In this document: one piece after another, positions 22,820 through 31,558 of the stretch
Layout: every line of letters begins with the position of its first letter
How positions within the stretch are numbered: the stretch's first letter is position 1
Origin: Planctomycetota bacterium
GTDB lineage: Bacteria; Planctomycetota; SZUA-567
Reading direction: 5' to 3'
DNA length: 64,000 bases
Assembly: GCA_020060765.1 (NCBI GenBank)
Contig: JAGUZQ010000032.1
Span: forward strand, 5,750 to 69,749
The notes under the pieces: generated by a model
Told to the model about the DNA's origin: nothing
Database searches by the model: none
What the model saw: the letters and a program-made list of their open reading frames with translations, nothing else
Made by a program: the position numbers and the translations under genes

Positions 22820-23659
22820 ATGAGAAAGTTTATTGCGATATGCCTGATGATGTTGTCATTGTTTTCTCTTTCGTGCCGACAGCAGACAAATGCTACATTG
22901 CCAAGGTCAGATTCCATAGCGATGGATTTGGTTAAAATCCGTGAGAAGCATCCCTCTTCAATTACGCTATATTTGCATTATTATTTCTTCGAGGGCAGTA
23001 AGGGAATCAAGGGAGATTGGTTTGAAAGATGGATTAAATTAGGCATGATGAATTTTAATACAGACAAACGTGCAGCATATAGCGTTGAGCAGATAATACA
23101 TATGCTGGGTAGTCCAACTTTTCAAGATCCTTTTGATAACCCGGAGCTGAGACCTTGTTTAGGATATACAGTGATGACTACCGAAGGTAAAAAAGTTGCT
23201 ATATTCTATTTCAACAAGGATGACCAATTGCAATCGGTTGCAATTGGCTCTGATCCATTTTCAATCCAGCTATGTAAGAATAAGGCAAACAAACAGGATG
23301 TTAATGATCCTTGGTTGTTTGAGATAGCGGCGATGTTGGAATGCCGTCCCGATACTTTACTAGCGTATATGGATTATCTCTGTTATGAAGCGACCAAGAA
23401 TGAGAAGGGTACACGTTTTTTAACCTGGGCAAAATCCATCGAGTCTGGTCAACATTCAAAGCATGAGTTTTATTGCGCGTCTCGCATAATGGAACTGATT
23501 GGAAATCCTGATAGCTGGGGATATGCCGATAACGAAAAACAAGAGCAGTGGTGGCAATATTTGGCTTATGAGGAGGGGATAAAGAAAGAGGTAATATTTT
23601 ATTTCGACGACTCAAAGTACGCGCTGTTTAAGGCTCTAAAAATCCAATCTACTGAGTGA
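22820..23659 (+). CDS. lipoprotein, no recognisable family (AT-rich gene)
   Basis: Lipobox LFSLSC after a hydrophobic leader. 279 aa, W/Y/K/N-rich. Composition is clearly AT-richer than the neighbours. Confidence 0.65.
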   Translation: MRKFIAICLMMLSLFSLSCRQQTNATLPRSDSIAMDLVKIREKHPSSITLYLHYYFFEGSKGIKGDWFERWIKLGMMNFNTDKRAAYSVEQIIHMLGSPTFQDPFDNPELRPCLGYTVMTTEGKKVAIFYFNKDDQLQSVAIGSDPFSIQLCKNKANKQDVNDPWLFEIAAMLECRPDTLLAYMDYLCYEATKNEKGTRFLTWAKSIESGQHSKHEFYCASRIMELIGNPDSWGYADNEKQEQWWQYLAYEEGIKKEVIFYFDDSKYALFKALKIQSTE

Positions 23660-23689
23660 AGTTGATTGTCCTGGAAAATATTAGGACGC

Positions 23690-24409
23690 TTATCTTATAT
23701 CACTATCACCAATCTGAATTGTTGTCTCCCACGGCCAGTAATCCGGCGTCGGCGCGACAAAGGTCAGCGGCTCCCGTTTAGTCGGATGTTCGACAGTCAG
23801 CGACAGCGCGTGCAGGGCAATGGCGCGTCCTTCAAGCAGCTTTTCCATTTTCGCGTTGTTGCCGCGATGATCGTATTTGAAATCTCCCACTATCGGTAGT
23901 CTCTCGTACGCCAGTTGCGCGCGAATCTGGTGCTTATAGCCGGTCAGCAGTTCAATTTCCAGTAATGACCTTCCATCCCGCGTGGCGAGAGTTCGGTAAA
24001 TCAGTTTTGCCTCTTTTGCACCCTCCCGATTATCGGGAAAAACCGCCGTCTTCAAACGCCGCTTGTCGCCTCGCAGGAAGTTGCACAATAGCTTTTCTTT
24101 TTCCGAAGAGATTCCCTCGACCACCGCGCGATAAATCTTTTTTGTCTTGCGGTCGCGGAACTGTTCCGACAAACGCGCCGCCGCCTTGTCGGTACGCGCC
24201 AACAACAGCACACCCGAAACCGGCCGGTCAAGGCGATGTACCGGCGCGCAGTAAACCGCGCCCGGTTTGTCGTACTTTTCCTTCAAATATTTCATGCAGA
24301 CCTCGACCAGCGGCTGATCGCCGGTGGCGTCACCCTGCACCAGTTCCCCCGCCGGTTTGAGAATGCAAAGCAGATGATTGTCTTCGTACAGCACTTCAGG
24401 CTGGGTCAT
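23690..24409 (-). CDS. RluA-family pseudouridine synthase
   Basis: Catalytic HRLDRPVSGVLLLART, plus GYKHQIR. Confidence 0.85.
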   Translation of the reverse strand: MTQPEVLYEDNHLLCILKPAGELVQGDATGDQPLVEVCMKYLKEKYDKPGAVYCAPVHRLDRPVSGVLLLARTDKAAARLSEQFRDRKTKKIYRAVVEGISSEKEKLLCNFLRGDKRRLKTAVFPDNREGAKEAKLIYRTLATRDGRSLLEIELLTGYKHQIRAQLAYERLPIVGDFKYDHRGNNAKMEKLLEGRAIALHALSLTVEHPTKREPLTFVAPTPDYWPWETTIQIGDSDIR

Positions 24410-24537
24410 GTTGCCTCGCAATCGTCGGTCGCCGCAGGCTAAACGCAATGCGGTTTAATTAAGGAAAAATCTTTCTGTCCACTATAGCACGCCTCTATTC
24501 GCGGCGCAAGAAATCACGAAAGCCTTTTTTCCCGCTA

Positions 24538-24565
24538 TTGACGGCATTTGTTAAATCACTACAAT
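24538..24565 (+). promoter_or_regulatory. sigma70-like promoter upstream of citrate synthase
   Basis: TTGACG (24538-24543), 16-nt spacer, TACAAT (24560-24565), about 100 nt before the ATG. Confidence 0.4.
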
Positions 24566-24666
24566 CTGATAGACTCGCCGGGGTAGGGGGTCGTGTGTGA
24601 TATTTGATTGCGACTTTTTCGGGCTGCCTGCCGTTGATTTTCACGGAGGAGCCATAGGAGCGCCGC

Positions 24667-26103
24667 ATGTACACGCTGCACGAGGAAACCAAGGAAATCA
24701 CCGATATCATTCTCGCCGCCCGCGACAAGGCGCGCGAGGAAGTGGGCAAGTCAGAACCGGAGGCGCAGTTCGCCAAGCCCATGACCTGGCCGGTGCAGTG
24801 CACCGTCGGCCCGGGGCTGGAAGGCGCTATCGCCTGCGAAAGCAAGGTCGGCTACGTCAACGGCTCCAAGGGCATGCTGGTCTATCGAGGATATGACATC
24901 TTCGACCTCTGCGCCTACTCCACTTTTGAGGAGGTCTCGTACCTGCTGGTGCACGGCGAGTTGCCCAACACTTCCCAACTGCGCGAATTTAACTGCAGCC
25001 TCGCCCGTTTCCGCTCCCTGCCCATGACTTTGCGGCGGCTGGGAGGTTTTCCGGTCGAGAACATCAATACCATGGCGGCCTTGCGTATCGGCACGATGAT
25101 GATGCGTCAGCGCCTGTCGTTCCGCGACAGCCAGAGCGCGCGCCCCGACCCCAACACCGCCATCAGCGCCGACGAGGACTCCATCCCGATGGAGACCAAG
25201 CCCATGGGCGAGCCGCACGCCATTTACGAATTCAAAAAGAAACAACTCGAGCGCCCCAAGGACGCGCGCGAAACCCAGGACGAATCCGAAAGCGTGCAGT
25301 CCTGTATGCACCTTATCTCCGGCATGGCCACCATCGCCGCGGGCGTTGCGCGGATGCGCGAGGAAAAAATGCCTATCGAGCCGGATACCGAATTAAGCCA
25401 CGCCGCCAACCTGCTGTACATGATGACCGGTCGTAAGCCCACACCGATCGAGGAAAGGGTAATGGATGTGGCGCTGATCCTCCACGCCGATCACGGCATG
25501 AACGCCAGCACCTTTGCTTCGATGGTGGTGGCCTCGACGCTGTCGGACATTTACTTCTCCGTCGGCGCGGGCATTGCCGCCTTGAACGGCCCGCTGCACG
25601 GCGGCGCCAACGAACAGGTACTGCGCCTCCTGCAGGAAATCGGGCCTGCCGCCAAAGTCAGCTCCTGGTTCGAGCAGGCAACGCGGGAGAAACGCAGGAT
25701 CATGGGCTTCGGGCACCGGGTATACAAGGCTTACGACCCCCGCGCGCGCATTCTCGGGCCGCTGGCGAAATTCCTCATCCAGGAAAAGAAGGAAATGCGC
25801 CCGTTATACAACACCGCGCGCGAACTGGAAAAGAAGGTCGTCACCACCCTTGGCGCGGAGAAGAAGATTTTCCCCAACGTCGATTTCTATTCGGGGATCG
25901 TCTACGCCGCCATGGGCATTGAGCCGGAACTGTTTACCCCGATTTTCGCCGTCAGCCGCGTGTCTGGCTGGTGCGCGCGCATTCTCGAATATCTGGACAA
26001 CAACCGGATTTTCCGCCCGCGCGCGATGTATATCGGCGAGTTCGACAAGGAATACGTCCCCATCGGCAAGCGGGGCGCGAAAAAGAACGCGCGGAAAAAA
26101 TAG
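24667..26103 (+). CDS. gltA: citrate synthase
   Basis: LILHADHGMNAST, GPLHGGAN, GFGHRVYKAYDPR, NVDFYSG. 478 aa, with extra N-terminal and internal segments. Confidence 0.9.
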   Translation: MYTLHEETKEITDIILAARDKAREEVGKSEPEAQFAKPMTWPVQCTVGPGLEGAIACESKVGYVNGSKGMLVYRGYDIFDLCAYSTFEEVSYLLVHGELPNTSQLREFNCSLARFRSLPMTLRRLGGFPVENINTMAALRIGTMMMRQRLSFRDSQSARPDPNTAISADEDSIPMETKPMGEPHAIYEFKKKQLERPKDARETQDESESVQSCMHLISGMATIAAGVARMREEKMPIEPDTELSHAANLLYMMTGRKPTPIEERVMDVALILHADHGMNASTFASMVVASTLSDIYFSVGAGIAALNGPLHGGANEQVLRLLQEIGPAAKVSSWFEQATREKRRIMGFGHRVYKAYDPRARILGPLAKFLIQEKKEMRPLYNTARELEKKVVTTLGAEKKIFPNVDFYSGIVYAAMGIEPELFTPIFAVSRVSGWCARILEYLDNNRIFRPRAMYIGEFDKEYVPIGKRGAKKNARKK

Positions 26104-26112
26104 GAGGGCATA

Positions 26113-26475
26113 GTGGCGAAGATACTGTTAGCCGACGATGACAGACGTATCTCTGATCTGCTGAAAAGAATTTTCCAGACCCAGGAAGTCATTCTGGTGC
26201 GAACATGGACCGAGGAATTGGCTGAACTGGAAAAGGATAAATTCGACTTGGTGGTGACAGATATCGTCATGCCTGGCTACAAGGACGTGCAGCAGAACGG
26301 CGGAGTTAAGGAAGTGCTGGTGAAGTACAATACTCCGGTGATCTTCATCTCCGGCTATGCGGAAAAGGAACTGAAGGATTTGCCAGACACCATGCGTTTT
26401 CTGAAAAAGCCTTTCAGCGTCAACCTCTTCCGCTCGTATGTCCGCAAGCTTCTGCTGACCGACGATATCTGCTGA
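26113..26475 (+). CDS. single-domain response regulator (CheY-like receiver)
   Basis: GTG after AGGAGG. ILLADDD, acceptor LVVTDIVMPG, and KKPF. Confidence 0.8.
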   Translation: MAKILLADDDRRISDLLKRIFQTQEVILVRTWTEELAELEKDKFDLVVTDIVMPGYKDVQQNGGVKEVLVKYNTPVIFISGYAEKELKDLPDTMRFLKKPFSVNLFRSYVRKLLLTDDIC

Positions 26476-26498
26476 AGATGCTTATCTCTATTTACGTT

Positions 26499-26525
26499 AA
26501 AAGCCCCTCTTGCGAGGGGCTTTTT
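26499..26525. terminator. bidirectional rho-independent terminator
   Basis: AAAGCCCCTC-ttgc-GAGGGGCTTT plus a T-run, between the convergent response regulator and ftsK. Confidence 0.7.
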
Positions 26526-26541
26526 GATTTATTCGAAAGAA

Positions 26542-29076
26542 CTATGCCTCATCGTCCCACGGCACATCCTCGCGCTCTTTTTCGTCATCGCGTAAACCTG
26601 CCATACCGCCGTCGTCGTCATCGTCGAACATCAGGCTGGACTGACCGCCGCAGAACTTGGCGCAGAATTCCTCCATCGTCATCATGATCTCGCGCGCCTT
26701 GCCTTCGCGGAAAGGCCCCAGCAGCCCCGCCGCCGCGAGCTGGTCGATAATCCGGCTGGCGCGGCCGTAACCGACGCCGAATTTGCGCTGCAACAGCGAG
26801 ACCGAGCCGCGCCCGCTTTCGATAATCGCCATTCCCGCCTCGCCGAACAGTTCGTCGAAATCCTTGATATCGCCGCCCGCGCCGCCGATAACCGGCCCGT
26901 CCAGTTCCTGATGATATTCCGGCGCCATCTGCGCTTTGACGAAATCCACTACCCGGAATAATTCTTCGTCGGAGACAAACACGCCTTGCGCGCGAGTCAA
27001 CTTGCCCACACCCGGCGGCAGGAACAGCATGTCGCCCGCACCCAGCAAGGTCTCCGCGCCGTTCTGGTCGAGAATGGTGCGCGAGTCTACCCGGCTGGCC
27101 ACCTGAAACGCGATGCGGCAAGGCATGTTCGCTTTAATGAGACCAGTGATAACGTCCACCGACGGACGCTGGGTCGCCAGCACCACGTGAATGCCGACCG
27201 CACGGCTCTTGGCCGCCAGGCGCGTGATATGCTGCTCCACGTCCTTGCCCGCCACCAGCATCAGGTCGGCCAGTTCGTCAATGACGATCACGATGTAGGG
27301 CAGGCTCTTGGGGAACAGCTCCAACTCCTCCTTGCCGTAATTGCCTGCCAGCCGCTTTTCGATTTCCGCCTCGCCCAACGCGTTGAACTTGACGATGTTG
27401 TTGACGCTGACCATGGAAAGCTGTTCGTAACGCTCGTCCATTTTCTGGCACGCCCATTCGAGCACGCCAACCGCTTTTTTCATATCGGTAATGACGGGGC
27501 TTAAGAGATGCGGGATTTCCTTGAACCGCGACAGCTCCACCACCTTCGGGTCGATCATGAGCAGTTTCGCTTCGCTGGGCTTGCAGCACATCATCACCGA
27601 CAGGATCAGTGAATTGATGCAAACCGACTTGCCGCTGCCGGTCGCGCCCGCGATCAGCATGTGCGGCATCTTGGCCAGATCGGCTATGATCGGCGTGCCG
27701 GAAACATCCTTGCCTAAACAAACCGGAATCTGTTGCAGGCGATTATTGCGCTTGACCGCTTCAACAACTTCACGCAGCGACACCACGTTTTTCTCTATAT
27801 TCGGTATCTCGATACCGATAGTGTCTTTACCGGGGATAGGCGCAATAATGCGGACGTTGGCCGCTTTCAAGGCCATGGAAATATTGTCGCCCAGGGAAAT
27901 GACCTTGCTCAGGCGGATTCCCGGTGCCAGCATCATTTCGAACAAAGTTACTCGCGGGCCGCACTCGATCTGCACTACCTTGCCTTCGATCTTGAATTCG
28001 GCCAGCGTCTTTTCCAGAATCTTCGCTCGTTTTTCCAGACTCGCCGCGCCCTCGCCCAGGCCTTCCTGCGCCTCATCCAGCAGATACATCGGCGGCAACT
28101 GATAGTCGCGCTCCGCATCCACGCTGTTGGCCACGACCTTGTCGATCTTCTCGGGACGCTCCGCTCTCCGCACCGGAGGTTTCTTTTCCACCACCGGTAT
28201 CGGTTCGGAAACAGGCTCTGGCGTCGGCTCGCCGTAGGGGACGAATTCCGCGTTTTCGCCTTTTTCGGTTTCAGGCACTTCCGGGACAACCGGCTCCGGT
28301 TTTTCCTCCACCACCGCTGCCTCGACTTCGAACGCTTCAGATATTTCCTCTTCCCGCTCCTCGCGGATTTTTTCCCGCACCGGACGCACGCTCTCCCGTT
28401 CCTTGGGGGGATTAAGCAAAGCCACTGCGCGGCTGGCGCTGCCCGCCACTACCGATACGACTTTCGGTTTTACATGTTCCGCCGCCGCGCTGGTAGCAGA
28501 GACGAAAATTCCGCCCACCGTTTTCAACCCATCGCCAACTATGCGTCCCCATTCAAACAACGCCTCTCCCACCATCAGCACCCCGCCAAACAGCAGCAAC
28601 CCGCCCGCGATAATCGCCAGCCCGAAGTTGCCCAGATACAGCCGCGCCGGAGGACTGACGATGTAAGAAAGCAGTCCGCAGGATTCGACCGCGCTGGCGC
28701 CGAAAACCGAATCCACCAGCAACGGCAACGCGATCAGCGCCACTACTCCACCCAACACCTGCGGCCAGGCGCCGAAAAACCGGTTGTTGCGGATAATAAA
28801 TATTCCCCACGCACACAGCAGCAGCGACAACGCATAGGAAGCGACACCACCCAGCGTCAGCCGCACGCCAAACGCAGCCCACGCGCCCAACAAGCCGGTC
28901 GCGCAGTCGCTCGCCGTTGTCGCCGGATCGAGAGTAGTGTCGGCAGTGAAAAACGAAATCCCCAGGAACATGCCCAGGCCGATAATGAACAGCCCGGTAA
29001 AAAAGGTGAGCATCACGACAAACCCGCTGGGTCTGGCCGGAATCTCGATTTCCACCGGTACTTTTCTACGCGCCAT
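26542..29076 (-). CDS. ftsK: DNA translocase FtsK
   Basis: N-terminal TM segments, a P/E-rich linker, Walker A GATGSGKS, Walker B IVIVIDELADL and a gamma winged-helix (SVSLLQRKFGVGYGRASRIIDQL). Confidence 0.92.
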   Translation of the reverse strand: MARRKVPVEIEIPARPSGFVVMLTFFTGLFIIGLGMFLGISFFTADTTLDPATTASDCATGLLGAWAAFGVRLTLGGVASYALSLLLCAWGIFIIRNNRFFGAWPQVLGGVVALIALPLLVDSVFGASAVESCGLLSYIVSPPARLYLGNFGLAIIAGGLLLFGGVLMVGEALFEWGRIVGDGLKTVGGIFVSATSAAAEHVKPKVVSVVAGSASRAVALLNPPKERESVRPVREKIREEREEEISEAFEVEAAVVEEKPEPVVPEVPETEKGENAEFVPYGEPTPEPVSEPIPVVEKKPPVRRAERPEKIDKVVANSVDAERDYQLPPMYLLDEAQEGLGEGAASLEKRAKILEKTLAEFKIEGKVVQIECGPRVTLFEMMLAPGIRLSKVISLGDNISMALKAANVRIIAPIPGKDTIGIEIPNIEKNVVSLREVVEAVKRNNRLQQIPVCLGKDVSGTPIIADLAKMPHMLIAGATGSGKSVCINSLILSVMMCCKPSEAKLLMIDPKVVELSRFKEIPHLLSPVITDMKKAVGVLEWACQKMDERYEQLSMVSVNNIVKFNALGEAEIEKRLAGNYGKEELELFPKSLPYIVIVIDELADLMLVAGKDVEQHITRLAAKSRAVGIHVVLATQRPSVDVITGLIKANMPCRIAFQVASRVDSRTILDQNGAETLLGAGDMLFLPPGVGKLTRAQGVFVSDEELFRVVDFVKAQMAPEYHQELDGPVIGGAGGDIKDFDELFGEAGMAIIESGRGSVSLLQRKFGVGYGRASRIIDQLAAAGLLGPFREGKAREIMMTMEEFCAKFCGGQSSLMFDDDDDGGMAGLRDDEKEREDVPWDDEA

Positions 29077-29881
29077 TAATACCTCCGCTGAAATAAATCA
29101 ACCCTGCTATTGCCACCAGGGCGCAATAAGCCGCAAACCAAATCATTTTTTTCGTTTTCACCAGATGCAGCAAAGTCCGTAGCGCCACATATCCGCTCGC
29201 GCACGCCACCCCGAACCCCACGCCATATGCGCCAAACGAAAATCCCGCGACCGGCGCACCGGCCTTGATTATGTCAATCCCTTTCAATAACGCCGCGCCG
29301 AGAATCGCCGGCACCATCAGCAGAAAACTGAACTTGACCGCGTCTTCCCGCTCCAGCCCGCACAGAACTCCGCCGGAAATGGTCGAGCCGCTGCGGCTGA
29401 TGCCGGGGACTATGGCGATAGCCTGAAAAAATCCCACCAATAGAGCCCGTTTCCAGCCCATCTCCTCCATTCTGACCGCGCTTTCCTTGGCCTTTTCCAT
29501 AATGAACAGCAGCAGCGCCGTCACCAGCAACGCCGCGCATACCAGTTGTGGATGCTCGCGGAGTAGTTCGATTTTCTTCCGAAACAACACACCCACTATC
29601 CCCACCGGCACCGAACCGAGCAAAAGATAGCAGAGAACCACCTTCTTCCGACACCAGAAGCGCCACAAATCGCCACCAAACGCAACCAGCACCACCCCCG
29701 CCGTCGCCACATGCAGCAGAATATCAAACGCCATGTCTTCCGGCTGGCCGCTCATAAAATGCTCGGCCAAGGCCAGATGTCCGCTGGATGAAACCGGCAT
29801 AAATTCGGTTAAACCCTGCACCAGCCCCAGGATAGCAGCCCAGGCATAGGACAGAGGTTCAACCTGGTTAATTGATCCCAC
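29066..29881 (-). CDS. uppP: undecaprenyl-diphosphate phosphatase
   Basis: GLTEFMPVSSSGHL and GISRSG motifs. 8-TM profile. Confidence 0.9.
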   Translation of the reverse strand: MGSINQVEPLSYAWAAILGLVQGLTEFMPVSSSGHLALAEHFMSGQPEDMAFDILLHVATAGVVLVAFGGDLWRFWCRKKVVLCYLLLGSVPVGIVGVLFRKKIELLREHPQLVCAALLVTALLLFIMEKAKESAVRMEEMGWKRALLVGFFQAIAIVPGISRSGSTISGGVLCGLEREDAVKFSFLLMVPAILGAALLKGIDIIKAGAPVAGFSFGAYGVGFGVACASGYVALRTLLHLVKTKKMIWFAAYCALVAIAGLIYFSGGINGA

Positions 29882-30320
29882 TGGAACCGAAGCCTCCTTC
29901 GCCCCGCGCGGTCTCGTCCAGGTTATCCACTATCTGCACATCCGCGTGAACCACTTGCTGGATAACAAGTTGCGCGATCCGGTCGCCGCGGTTGATGGTA
30001 AACGGGACTTGCGAGACATTTCCCAGAATTATCCCTACCGGCCCACGGTAATCGGCGTCAATCGTGCCGGGGGTGTTGACGACAGTGATGCCATGTTTCA
30101 ACGACAGGCCGGAACGCGGCCGCACCTGTACTTCGTAACCTACTGGCACTGCAACCCGTAAACCAGTTGGCACCAACACGATCTGACCCGGCGTCAGAGT
30201 CAGCGGCGCATCCAGCGCGGCGCGTACATCCATGCCGCTGGCGCCGTCACTTTTGTATTCAGGGAGTTCAATATCTTCCGCGCCGGAATCGCGCGTTATC
30301 AGCATCTTGACATGTTCCAT
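29868..30320 (-). CDS. dut: dUTP diphosphatase
   Basis: VRPRSGL and GTIDADYRG motifs. 150 aa. Confidence 0.92.
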   Translation of the reverse strand: MEHVKMLITRDSGAEDIELPEYKSDGASGMDVRAALDAPLTLTPGQIVLVPTGLRVAVPVGYEVQVRPRSGLSLKHGITVVNTPGTIDADYRGPVGIILGNVSQVPFTINRGDRIAQLVIQQVVHADVQIVDNLDETARGEGGFGSSGIN

Positions 30321-30684
30321 GCCGTCCTTTCAATAAAAGTTGGCGAAAACGGAAATAGCATCCTGTTCCCCCTATCCTGGAACAGAAAAGCCTGTACTAT
30401 TTTATCGACAAAATCAGGGGGAAATCTAAGTCAAACCGGCTGAATTCGGTTTTTCGTTATGTAAACTCCGGCAGGGAAAGAGCTATGCGAATTGTGTTAG
30501 ATATAGGTTAGCTATGAGGCAGGGATTTAAGAAATTTTCATTTAATGTATATTTTTTTATTGTGATTTTCTTCTTTGATCATTATCATACTGCTGTGAAT
30601 ACTTTCATCAATATACAGATTGTGTAATCCCATCTCCGGGACTTTCGTAAGTATTTGTTTTTTAGGCATATTACAGGTTTTGGC

Positions 30685-30993
30685 ATGGTAGACGTATTTG
30701 ACATAGACGGCAATATTATCCGGATGCTGTTGCGCCTTGATATTCGCGATGAGACGCAGATCGACGCTTTCCGGGAAGCGATCAGCGAAGCCGGCAAGGA
30801 AAAAGGCGAGGTCGTGATTGACTTCAGCCACACCCGGGTGATGTCAAGCGTGATCCTGATGCTGACTTATATCGCGGTGGAAAAAGCGCGAGAAATCGGG
30901 GTAGTGATCCGAATCGTAGCATCAATGAAACACCACCGCGCCCTCGTCGCCAGCGGCATGCCCGAATATATCGACCTGCAACTCTGCGGGTGA
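30685..30993 (+). CDS. STAS-domain protein (anti-sigma-factor-antagonist-like)
   Basis: EVVIDFSHTRVMSSVILMLTYIAVEKAREIGVVIRIV..ALVASGM resembles the SpoIIAA/STAS layout. The start is uncertain (ORF opens at 30655). Confidence 0.5.
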   Translation: MVDVFDIDGNIIRMLLRLDIRDETQIDAFREAISEAGKEKGEVVIDFSHTRVMSSVILMLTYIAVEKAREIGVVIRIVASMKHHRALVASGMPEYIDLQLCG

Positions 30994-30997
30994 ATCA

Positions 30998-31558
30998 CTA
31001 CGTTGTTGCCCCGATAATTCTCCGCAACCCTTGAATGAAGATATCAAAGCTTTTCGATCGCTGGTTATCGAGATCAAGATAAGGGGAAATTCGGCGGGAA
31101 CCATCAATCTTCTGATAATCAGGCACCATTTTTCGCAGATAACCGGAAGGGCAAGTAATCGAATCCGGCGCGCGACATGGATTCTTCATTTGCTGTCGCG
31201 CAAGGTTATTCAAGTTCAAGCCTTTTTCCACTGCCGCAAGGTCGGCGAGATACCAACTCTCCAACTCCCTGCAGACAATGCGTACTAAACTGGCGTCTTT
31301 TCCCGCTTCGCCGCATTTCTTTTTCAACGCAGCCTTGATCTTTTTGCAATCCCCCGCATCCTGATCCCGCATCACCACGAACAAGGCATCTGGCGCATTG
31401 TATCCTCGCATGCGCCGCACCATCTGTCTTTCCAAATCCTGCTTCCCTTCAAAAACAAGATACCGGGGTGTAAAATTATCAGGGAGCAAACGTGGCAATA
31501 CTCCTTTGAGCATTTCCGCGGCGGACGGTTCTTCGAGCAGGAAAACTATTTCCCTCAT
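30998..31558 (-). CDS. DUF4276-like protein (TOPRIM-like E...DxD arrangement)
   Basis: ATGA overlap with the upstream ATPase. MREIVFLLEEPS, FEGK, MRDQDAGD, CRELESWYLAD. 186 aa. Family assignment is from memory of the pattern. Confidence 0.7.
   Translation of the reverse strand: MREIVFLLEEPSAAEMLKGVLPRLLPDNFTPRYLVFEGKQDLERQMVRRMRGYNAPDALFVVMRDQDAGDCKKIKAALKKKCGEAGKDASLVRIVCRELESWYLADLAAVEKGLNLNNLARQQMKNPCRAPDSITCPSGYLRKMVPDYQKIDGSRRISPYLDLDNQRSKSFDIFIQGLRRIIGATT

Noticed and set aside
27733-29079. 448-aa + strand ORF, plus smaller ones at 26986-27504 and 27491-28102
   Set aside because: They are antisense to ftsK. The sequence is Arg/His/Gln-rich low complexity with no domain signature.
30538-30831. 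97-aa and 82-aa minus-strand ORFs in the AT-rich stretch
   Set aside because: They overlap the 5' part of the STAS-like ORF, which has the better domain-like pattern. The AT-rich low-complexity ends suggest chance ORFs. This call is not strong either way.
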